Shown: in pieces, positions 47,101 to 59,100 of the stretch
Position numbering within the stretch: position 1 is the first letter of the stretch
How the letters are laid out: the number at the start of each line of letters is the position of its first letter
Assembly: GCF_020745735.1 (NCBI RefSeq)
Contig: NC_083411.1
Coordinates: 17,505,263 to 17,569,262 of the forward strand
DNA length: 64,000 bases
Direction: 5' to 3'
DNA from: Hemiscyllium ocellatum
Taxonomy: Eukaryota
Notes under the pieces: model-generated
The model's input: the letters and a program-made list of their open reading frames with translations, nothing else
Databases searched by the model: none
Told to the model about the DNA's origin: nothing
Translations under genes and position numbers: made by a program

Positions 47101-50100
47101 GAGCTGTACTGTCAAAGCTGCCATCATTCAGACTCAAATTGACGCACAATTTGCATTCGTGGATAGATGCAAAAGATCAAGTTTTTGAGAATAAGAATTG
47201 GGGAGTTTGGTCTGGTGTCCCGGCAAATATTTATTCCGGAATCAACATCGGTGATACAGTTTACATCAACATTCATCAACAGACTTTCCCATGTGCCAAC
47301 TGACTACCTAACCTCTTATATTACAACTTAATCTCAAAAGTACCTGATTGGCGGTAAAGTGCTTTGGGACATTCTGGAGTCCAATAAGTTGCTCATTTAT
47401 TCACAGTTCAAAATCTAGTTGAAAATCATACCCTGTTGATCTAGATAAAGGTTTGCAATAGTAATAAAACATCTGCTCTTTTCTCAATTATCACCATATA
47501 CTGTTCCTTGAACCATTGTTTAAGGTTTCACACACCATTCTGAAAGGCAGTATAATAGCCAGGAAGAGTGGCAATATAGAAATCTGTTTCTAGAAGTTCT
47601 AGCAGTCAAATACTGTTTACGCACAAAAAGAGGAGGAAGAAAATATGTAGAGACCTACTACTCACACCAGTCCCAAACAAACAGTTCACAAATGCATGTA
47701 CTGGGGCATTTCCCACTGCCACCTTTCCTGGAATTGATGCTGGACACAGAAGAGGGTTTATCTAAACTAATACTTGGGAGATTGCTTAGAAAAAGAACTT
47801 CATTGGAAGATCATCTAGCAAATGACTCAAGGTCTACTCAAAGAAAAATATCAGAGATGCTTGGCCAGGATTGACAAGACACCAACTTATAGGAAAGAAA
47901 CCAGCTCAAATGCTAGGCTCATGACAGTAAGCTTTCACACTTCCTTAGAATTTGCACCATTCCTCCTCAATTGAAGGGTGGATGCAAACCACAACACCAA
48001 TTTAGTATCAAAAGTCCAAGAGAATGGCTCAATATATGCATCAACCGCATAAGACCACTCACTCACTTCTTTCCTTTATCTTCTTTGATGGTGCTCTCCA
48101 GGCGTTTACCCTGTCCAGTGAATGGTCTGTCCTCTTTAGCTCGCTCTCTCTCCAGTTTCTTCACTTTCTCCCTTGGCTTTTCTACACTGGAGGAGTCATC
48201 CCCTTTATCTGCCTTCTTCAGAAGCTACAAATACAAAATGATGTTTGCTGTCAAGCATATAATAATTTAAATTGAAATAGTTTGCTAGAATATTTAACAT
48301 TATGTCAAGTACTTTTATCTTTGGCTCATCCTTTGATCTGTCCTTGTCTTTTTCAAATCCTTTTTCTAACATCTTCTTTTGCTTCTCCGCTTCTCTCCTT
48401 TTCCGTCTTTCGTCCTCTCTCCACTTTCTCTTTTCTTCTTCACGGAGTCGCCTCTTTTCCAACTCTCTTCGTCTCCTTTCTTCTCTTTTCTCCTCTCTTA
48501 TTCTCTGTTGTAGAAGAAAAATAACTTAAAGTAGTGCAGACAATGAATAACAATTTGAATAAACAAAATTGCCTCCTTGTATATTAGCTTTGTAAAATAA
48601 AAAAGACAAAAACAAAAAAAAATTACCTGTTTATTTTTCACATAGTCCAAAAGGGGTGTGGTTTTCTTAGCTGGTAATGGAAAAAAAACTCCATTTCATC
48701 AATTTGTACGTACACAAAGTTTTGATTTCAAGTCTCTACAAACTGATAACGTAACACTGGGAAAACAAGTATATAAAACAAATGCAATGTAGAATTTAGA
48801 AGAAACCCCTTTTCCAAGGGACGGTATCAACGTATAACAGGGACAGACATAAAAGGGGAAGCATGTCAGCTAAATGACAGAGAAGGGAATAGAGTGTTAA
48901 GCTAATAAAGTGAAATAGGAAAAGTTGGAAGCTGTGCGAGTGCTGTGTAGTGGCAAGGACTGGTTGGACCACATGGCTTTTTTCTGTGCCATATGTACAT
49001 TATAATGATGCAGCACCGGGGGCAAATGAATCATACATTGCAAGTATGAGAGCAAAAATGTGCTAATGTAAAGAATGTAGGTAAAAACAAATGACTGCAG
49101 ATGCTGGAAACCAGATTCTGGATTAGTGGTGCTGGAAGAACACGGCAGTTAAGGCAGCATCCGAGGAGCAGTAAAATCGACGTTTCGGGCAAAAGCCCTT
49201 CATCAGGAGTACTGATAAAGGGCTTTTACCCGAAACATTGATTTTATTGCTCCTCGGATGCTGCCTTAACTGCTGTGTTCTTCCAGCACCACTAATCCAG
49301 AATAATGTAAAGAATGTGGCAAGGCCACAGAATGGGCTGCAGTGAACTCCAATGTCCAGAGAGCTCAGTTGCACCGCTGGTCAAGTTCTAAAGGACAGAG
49401 CTGAGTCTGCATACAGCACGTAGTGAGGGAACCAACTAAAAAAGCAGAAACCTACCTGACCTCATCAATATGCCTGTGGCACACTTACATGTCCATTTTT
49501 GAACAGATCAAACTGGGCAATGGGTCAGTATGAGCCATCAGCAGCAGAATTGTATTCCACCATAACATTCAACCTCATTACTGGCATATTGTGCCCAGTT
49601 TACCATAAAAACAGGAGATCAAACTTGATTAAATGAAAAGTTCAGGAGGGCATACCAGATGCAGTACAAGGCACATCTAAAATGTCAATTATTAACCTGG
49701 TGAAGCTACATAGGATTACTCATGTGCCAAATAGCAGCAGCAACGTGCATTAGATGGGGTAAGGTATTCCTACAATCAACAGATCAGACTCGAGCTCTGT
49801 GGCATTGCCAAATCCAGTCATGAATGGCAATGGATAATTAAACACCACTAGGAGGAGGCTGCAGCTTCTATGATGGGGGGGGGGGGGGGGGGGGGGGGGA
49901 GGGAACTCAGCACACCAGCGCCTAAGACAGAAAACTGACAAATGTGCAACTATCTTCTGAAGTGCAGAGTGGTAGATCCATGTTAGCCTCATCCCGAGGC
50001 TCCCAGGATCATATATATTAGTCTTCAGTCAGTTTGATTTATTGCTTGACAATGTGGAAAAAAAAAATGCCTAGGTGTGTCTTGCCAACAAAAAGTACTA

Positions 50101-53100
50101 CAAATCCAACTTGGCCAATTATCACTCGAGATTGTCAAAGTTATGAAAGGGGTTATAACAACACCAGTACGTGATATTTGATTAGATTATTGCTAATCAG
50201 TTTGAGTTTTTCTAGGGCCACAACTTCTAACCTCATTACATCTGTTCCAAGCACAGACTAAAGCTGACCTCCAGAGGCAGCAGGCAAGAATCATAGTAGT
50301 ACTGGCAGTGAGGAACCCTAACAAAACAGTGACCTGTGCTTGTGCGTGTTGGACTCTCTACTAGCTGGTTTTATACTTGGCATAAAAGGAGGAAGTCAAT
50401 CATTTCATCTCCAGGACATCTCTGTATGTCACCCTCAGGGTATCATTCTATCATTTGAATATCTATCAAATTCAGCTGGTTCAATGACTTCCCCTCCATC
50501 AGAAGGTCAGAATTGGGAATGTTCACCAATGATTGTATAATTTGTAACTCCTCAGATACTGAGGCATGCCCATATCCAAATGCAACAAGATCTGGGTAAC
50601 ATTCAGGCACGAGATGTCAAGGCTCAAGGAACGTATACATTTCAAAGTGTCAGGTAATAACAATCTCAACAAAACATTGGGCAAGCCACAGATGGAATAC
50701 TGCATGCAGTCCTGGTCCCACACTGTAGGAAAGACGTGACTCCACTAGAGAGTGTGGGCAGAAGATTTAATCACGATGTTGCCTGGGGTCAAAAGGTATC
50801 AGGACAGACTGGATAGATTGCAATGTTTTCCTTGCAGCTGAGAAGGCCAATGGAGTACCTGATCGAGATGTACAGAATTATGAGAGGTAGAGAGTAGATC
50901 ATGAGTATCCCTTGCCTATGACAGCTGTGTCTAAGAACAGAGGGCATACATTTAAAAGGGAGGAGCAAGTGGTTTAAGAAAGATAGGAGAAATAGTTATT
51001 TTTTCAACCTAGAGTGTGGCAGGTATATACCAGAGAGGGCAACTTTCAAAAAGCACCTGAATTAGTACTTAAAATGCCAGGGTGTAATAGGCTGTGGTCC
51101 AAGTTCAGATAAATGGAATTAGTGTAGTTTGATGTCTATGCTGACCAGCAAACATGGTGTGTTTCCATGCAGTATGTCTAGGAGAGACTTTAACCATCTC
51201 CCCTTGACATTCAAAAATGTAAGGGAGTTAGTACTGACAAGAAACGGAACAAGATAGCCACAACTGTTTTAGGATTACAATAACAGTTTAGAAACCAGAA
51301 ACGCTGCTGTGAACAATTCACCTCTCATTTCCTCAAAGCCTGATGGCCATCTACAAGGCACAAATTAAGAACAGGATATCCAGGCAAATGGGGAGCAGTC
51401 AAATGAGCTTCAACAATACTTCGGATGTTTGATACCGTCCAATACAATGCATCTACGAGCTTCAACATTTGCACCCTCCACTACCACCAGATATTGGCAA
51501 GACCTTTACAATCTACAAAATGCAATACTATAACAATTCACAGGCTCCTTTGACAGCACTTTCCAAAACAGTGACCTCTAGCACCTAGAAAAACCAAGAA
51601 AACAAGACACATGGAAACACCACCACTCTGCTGGTTCCCCTGGAAGTCACACCATTGTGACTTGGAGGCCTATATGTACAAAATATGATCAGTCTATTGG
51701 TGTGCTTAATTTCTTAGGGGTAATGCATTTGTTATCAAACCAGAGTTGCCTTTAGTGATTTAGAATGTTTCAGTGGGTATTAAGAATCAACTATTTAATA
51801 TGGACTAATTTAAGATTGGGTGGATGTAAACAACTTCCTTCATTGATGATTATTTTTTATTATGATCCAGTTATGTTGAACAACTAGCTATTTTAACATA
51901 ATCTTTTCAGTTGTCAATTAAACCCAAAAATGCAAGGAATTCAATTCATATGAAGATTTGAATTCATAACCAGGCAAATACTTGTCTTATACCATGCGTA
52001 CCATATAATTCTTGATCTGATTTAGAGAATTTTATTAGTGCCATGAACATGTGTGGTGATAAAGGAATAGGGCACAAGAAAGGAAAAACAAATACAAGCA
52101 AAAAAAACTGGAAAATGCATCTTAAAAAGGGCTTACATGCAAATAATCCAAGGTAAAAGGTCTGATTATGCATGTGGTGATAACAACAAATGCATTTCTG
52201 TCTCTTACCTCACACTTATAAAGTAAGTTAGAATGATGTGATCCAATGTAAGGACACATCACCAACCACAAGTCAACACTGAATCAAGTAAAGAAATAAC
52301 CCATTGATCATGATAGGGATGATCGTGTTTAGCACAATAAAGGTTAGCTAGTTATGGTAAGAGGTTGCTACATTAAGATTAAAAGAGCATACAATCAGAA
52401 AGTGAACTCAATTTTCTGGATCAAATTCTGATAGTCATTTTTGCCTAACAGACATTACCTTGGAAAGCAATTTGACTTATTAAAACAGATCAACTTACCT
52501 GCTAACTCTTTAGTTTTAGCTTCAATTTCCTCCAAAAGTGTTTCAGGATTGTTTGAATTTCTCTCATCATCTGCATTATTATAACTCTCCAAGAACTTTT
52601 TATATTCAGGATCTGATAAAGAACATATAAACAGTCAAATAAAACTCAACCAATTCCAAAACAAACATAAACAAGACTCAAAAAGAAAACACAAGGCAAG
52701 GTGTTTACATTCAATTACTCTGCTACATTCCTGGCGCTAAGGAAATAAACATAAACCTGCCATTTTCTTTTCTAAAAACTTGTGGCATAAACTTCTATTG
52801 TTCTGATGATTGAACTCTAGTATGGTTCAGAAACTCCATTCTAGTTTCATATTTCCATGGAATAGCAACTCACACCTTTCTACACCCACCCAAAGCAGTA
52901 AGATAATAACAATGATTGAACGTGCACCTCAAGAGTCTGCACCATTCAACCTCAACATTAGTTTAGTTGTCATTTTAAAACAACACTAAAACAATCCAAA
53001 ATAACATTCTGTAAAGAAATGGAGAATTTTTATAAAACCATATTCAAATATTTCAAATTTATTTACTTGGACAGAACTGTACAGCAATCTCTGGTTCATT

Positions 53101-56100
53101 GGATTTAGTTGATTTCAATCTAGCCCAATAGTTAGAACACAAATAATTGGCCTTCATCTCTGGATTATCAATGCTTTGGTGTTCAAAACTACTAGACGCA
53201 CTCCACCTCTGCCAATCCTTCACCTGAGGCATGGTGATCCTGAGCTCGAATCACCATCAGTCAGTTTTCTATAACGAGAGAGCAGCTGTATGGTGTGGGA
53301 AGACTATGGCAACTTTTCCTTCCACCTGGAAACAGGATGAGTTTGCTGCAATTTCTAACATCTCCCCAACGCAGGTGATTAGGTTTGCAATTCTCACTAT
53401 AAGCTCATGCCTTTCAGAAGAGAAGGCACTGTCACTGAGCCACAGTAGATTGAAAGAAAATGTTGATCATTGAGAACATGTCATTTGTCCCCCAAGCAGT
53501 AACTGGTACAACTGTAGTAACCAATAATAAACTAACAACTTTCAGTACAGTAACTTTAAAGGCTCAGTGCAATAATGATAGAGACCAGAATTCCAGCAAC
53601 TGGCAATTAGCTTCTCTGTGATAATTAGAACAGCTTGCATCCTTCCATCTAGATGAACATGAAAGCAGAAACAAATGGAATAGAACAAAAAACAGTGTAC
53701 AAAATGTTTACATTGTTTAAAAAAAAAGTACTCCATACCATCACTAAAATGTATAGGATCCATACCATCTTCAACAGTTCCCACTTTTGCATCTTTTTTC
53801 TTGCTCTTCTTTTTTGGAATTTTCTGAAAGGGTGCAAATTCTACAATCGCAGGGTACTCCTGCCCTATTGAGTGTAAGGATGGGAAGCATAGCAGACACA
53901 AATAAAGGGGTTTTTAAATGATTAAGTATGAATTAAAGAAACATTTTGTTGAAGACACATCTACTGTTGTCTTAAGTTATTCAGCAAACAGCTAAAAATG
54001 TTAGGTTTTCATTTAGATCCATTAAACAGGCCAATGTTCAAAATACAGAGCTGCTGCCGAAAATCCACTTTCATAAGCCCAGAAATGACTCAGGAAAATT
54101 CAAATCAGAAAGTAGTCATCCCTACACGTAGGACGGTCAGAATCTGCAAGATGTTGCTTCCCAAGCAAAGGGTGATTATCTCCTGAGCTGCTAGGCTCAC
54201 TATTCAGTGAAGTGGTGGTAAGCAAAGCTGCCAAGTCCAAAGCAAACTATGTGATTGCGACCTCTCAAAAGGAACTAGTGAGGATGAAGAAATAGCCCAG
54301 AAAATCAAAAAAAAGAGTAAAAATAAATACTTCAATCCCTGCGAGCAGTGCAGCCATTTTAACTGAAACAGATGAAAATGGAAAAACTGGCGTACCTGCT
54401 TGGTACTATTTTTACAGAATTAAATAGTACTCACTAATATTTGTACCACAGGAACCAAGTTCCTTTCAAATATGCTGTATATGTACTTAAGGACTGCAAA
54501 CAGAAAAATATCCTTTGGAGTATTAAGAATTACTCCTTCTAAAAATTAATTCAACTTGGAGTCTGTCAGAATTGGCGTTTATTTGGTTGTAATTCCATTC
54601 TCTGCATTTTACATCTACTAAGTAAAAACTTTTAAAGTTGGGCTGATCAGCATACATAATGAAAAAATGTTTTTGATATTTCCTTAGTTATTCATATTTG
54701 AAATAATTTTTTTAAAAATAAAAGGCAAAATGATTCTCTAAAGCAAAAAAGAAACCCTCCATTGTAACAGTTTGCTTTCAAAGCACATTAAATCTAATCA
54801 TAACAGTACTTTTTAATAGATCATACAAAAGGGAAAATCTCAAATACTCCTTTCAGCAAGTATTAAAAAGATAATCAATCATTACTGCTCTGTCTATTTT
54901 ATTTGATTTAATTAAGACAAGTTTGTTTATCAAATGCTTCTGGGCTGAATGTGAAGTTTCTGTGAATAATTTTAATTTAGATTCTTTCCACATTTCCAGT
55001 ACACTAGTATATATCAGATAGACAAATACACATGATTCCTTACAATGCATTTTTTAAATGCATGTTTGAAGGCAAGGGATTTAACAAATATTAAACATGG
55101 AAATCAAACAAGACACACAGTGTCAGTACATTAACTACCATACCTTTGCTATCAATGAAAACATAGCCATCAAATTGATCCCTGAAGAGGACAATGTCGT
55201 CCTGATTTTTAAAGTTGATGTATGCTCTCGAAAAGACATGAGGAAACAAACTGTGGAAACATGAGAGATTTGAGGCTAGAATTAAATTGAAAAAGGCTAT
55301 ATAGTGAGAATATAGTGGCAGCAACATATACAAACAGAAAATTTCTATCATTAGGTCCTGATCATATTTTACGCAAATTATGCCTCCTCCACCATTCAGT
55401 AGAATTACAATAGATCTTTGGCTTCAACTCCACATCTTTGGCCATTTCCCCAAATTCTCTGAAAGATCCTAAATATCAGTCCATCCAAGCCTGAAATATT
55501 AGTCAACGAAGGAACATCCCCAATTCTCTGGAATGAAGACTTCAAAAAAAAAAGATTCACAATCTTTTAGGTGAAGTTATTTCTCCTCATCTGAATCATA
55601 TGTGATTAACTCCTTATCACAAAACTATGCTCCTTATTCTGGTTCCCTGATCAACAGGAACAATTTTAAATGTCCACCTTGTCTAGCTCCCTCAGAATCC
55701 ATGTTTCAATGTGAGAACTTCACAATCTCCTAAACCTCAGAAACCATAGGCCTATTTACTCAGTTTATCTAATTCAACCCTCTCATCCCACGGACTATTT
55801 CAACGAATCTTCACTATGCTCTCTCCAATGCAAACATATCTTCCTTCAAAAAAAAGAAACCAAACTACTTGTAAAATAGATAAGATACACCCACAGAAAA
55901 CTTTAATAATTTTATCAAATACAATTTCCAAAGACCATGTAGACTTTGATCATACTATAATTTTTGAAGTGCATTGTTAAAACTTTGTTACTCATAGTAT
56001 CCAGCAATATCCTGATAATATTAGGCTAATTGCCCTGTAGTTGCATGCTTCCTCTCCTGAATAGCAGTGTCACATTTGCTAATTTCCAATTTTCTGAGGC

Positions 56101-59100
56101 AGTTCCAGAAGTTTTGTAAAATTTTGGCCATTGCATCTACCATCTCTGTAGCTCTCTCATTGATATGATGAGATAGGTAATCGTTGATCTTGGGGATTTC
56201 AGATTTTAATCTCCTCACTCATAGCAGCACCTGTACCTTCTATTTTCACAGATCTTGTGAAAATATACAAAGTATCTGTTCAATATTTCTGCCATTTCCT
56301 CACTCTCCATAATAAATTTCTTCTATCTCTACTTCTAAGGAACTAATGTCTACTTTGGTTGCTCTTTTTAAAAAAAATATACATGTGAAAACTTTTACTC
56401 AGTTTTATATCCCTGGCTAATTGGCTCTCATTTCATCATCTTCCCCGTTAGATCAACATTTTGTTGGTATGGTTTTCAACATAGGCCTTTGCTGGTTTAA
56501 TCTCCTGCTACTTTTAGCAGCTTCATAAACCTCTTTTCTAAAAATAAAGTTTAATACTATCCTTAACTCCCTCAATAATTTGGATCATTTAATTGGTGCT
56601 TTTCAATTGAATGCATTTTGTTTAATAGTTTTGAATTTTCTTTAAATGTTGCCCACACTTATCCATCACTGCATCTTACTGTCTACTGACCCAGTCAACC
56701 TTACCCAGCTTTCTCTCCTCAAATCCAGGGAAATAGCCTTGTTTAAGATTACGATTCTTGGTTGTGACTGAGTATGTCATTTCAATTTTAACATGGAATT
56801 CAACTATATTATGATAATTAATTCCTAATAGATCCTTTCTTGTGTGATCACTCATTAACCTTGCCTCAATATACAATACTAGATCTAAAATAATTATCGC
56901 TAGCTGTTTCCACAATGTATTGTTTCAGGAAACTGTCACTAAACAACATTCTACAAACACATTTTCTAGACCAGCCTGATAATTTGATTTAGTCTGGACT
57001 ATGCAATGATTAAAGCACTCCACAATTATTCCACTGTCTTTGCTGCATGCTCCAATCAATTCTTGTTTAATGCCCAAACTAACAATTTACTACAGCTAGG
57101 TGGCTTTAAAACAACTCTCCAACAATTTTTTTTAATCTTGCACTTCCAAATCTCCATGCACTCTGTTCTACTTCATGATTATTTCTCAATATCCTTATGC
57201 CATTGTTTACTATCTGGGCAACACTTCTACTTTGCCATTATTTTGGCCTTTAAAATACTGTATACACTGGAATATCTTTTTCCCCAAAATTTGTCACCAC
57301 ATGGTCGAGTTCCTGTAATGTTGGTGGATCCAATCTTTTTATCTTTATTTGTATTCATTAGATCATCTAGCTTATTGCATTAGATTCTCTACACAGTGTG
57401 GAAACAGGCCTTTTGGCCCAACAAGTCCACACCAACAGATGGGTTTCCAGATAAGGAGGCTTCATTTTCATTTTTTTATATTACTTTCCTTGCATGGAAG
57501 TTACTTGTTTACGTACAATTACTGTTGTAAACTCTTTGCTTCTTCTGGTCTAATTTTACTTGTCCATATCCACATTGCTTTAATGTTCTGTTGCCTCCAA
57601 TTTTGTCTTTTGAATTTCTACATCTCTTCACTTTAGCTCTACCTCTCTACCCCCTTCTATCAGATACACATTCAATTTCTGAATAAAATCAACCATTCCC
57701 CTCATAAACAGACAAAAATTAAAAAATAATTTTAGGTTTAAACTCATATTGGAATTGCTAATGCAGTCGTTTACAAACAAAAAAAAAACCCACTACAGAT
57801 GGAATTTCCCCAAAAGATCAGCAGAAATGACTCAAGAAACATTTACAAAAAAATCCACTTGAGTCCATTCTCTCATTTAATAAACATTATATCCTCTGAA
57901 CTAGTTACCCAAAAATCAAGCTGTTTGTGGTCGAGGTTTTGCAGTTAATTTCAGAGCACTAGCGCTGCCCACTGCAAGAATTAAACAATGTCACTCCCAG
58001 TTTGAAATAGGTTCAACATCTGGTTTGAGACATTAATTGAATCTTAGCATTGTGCTACACCTGTCTTTGGGCAAAATTGTACTCTGAAAATAAATCAGTT
58101 TAATCAGATTTTGTGTGTGTATTTTTGGTTATTTACAACGGCTCTGACATTGTTATACGGAAGTTGGACCAGTGGCAGTAGAGGGAAGTGCACACAAAAG
58201 CACCAATACTGAAATAAAAATGGGAAATGCAGAATATACTGCAGCATCTGTAAGCAGAGAAACTTCAGTTCTGTAGAAAATTCCTCGACCTGATATGTTA
58301 ACTTAGTTTCTGTGTTGCTATACCTTAGTATTTTCAGCAATTTCTCCTTTAGTTTCAAAAATTGACAGCAACCACAATAGTTTGCTTCTATTTTATTGCC
58401 CAAGTGCAGCTGGTGCGCAAACTGTATACAGTCTGCCAGGAGAGAATCATGCCTATGCTCAGCCATGTCCCTCAGGACCATATTTAAACATTAATGTTAT
58501 GAGACAACACTTTATCACATGACCCTAATATAGTGCACTGCAAAGCCCAACTGACTACATACACAGTGCCAAGTACAGGTTCTGGATGACAGCACCCGAA
58601 GGCTTTGCACATGTCGCAGACAACCGGAATCTGACCTGGGTTCCGTTGACAGCTTTATTGATCACATGTCTAAAATGATTCCATGGTCTGGCAGACTTAC
58701 AATCTATGTGACTGCAAAATCATTTCAGTACACATGTGCAAATTAAACTTGCATTTTTCAGTTCTAAGATTTCATTAACTAACAACACCATTAATATTGT
58801 ACCACAACATTAATATCAGAAGTGGTCTAGACTCTCATCACAAATAAGAATTAAATAGAAAATAAACAGCAGCCTCTGACTTTTAAGGCAATTTGATAAT
58901 GTGGCCCTTATGATTTAAAAGAAGTTTGATATAATTTTGTCACAGTAACTACTTACCTTGAATTGGTAGAGAAAAATTCAAAGTAATCATGTTCAGGCAA
59001 AGGGGCAAGTTGCTCTTCTAACTGCTCTTTTGTCAGAGTTGGAGGCAAACGACGGATCACCACCTATTGGATAAAAGGTAATTTAATACATATCAGCTAC

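Noticed and set aside
57909-58083. Possible 175-nt poison cassette exon in UPF3B intron 2 (TTTTCAG acceptor, GTAACT donor, in-frame stop)
   Set aside because: Such splice-like pairs arise often by chance; no transcript or conservation evidence available.
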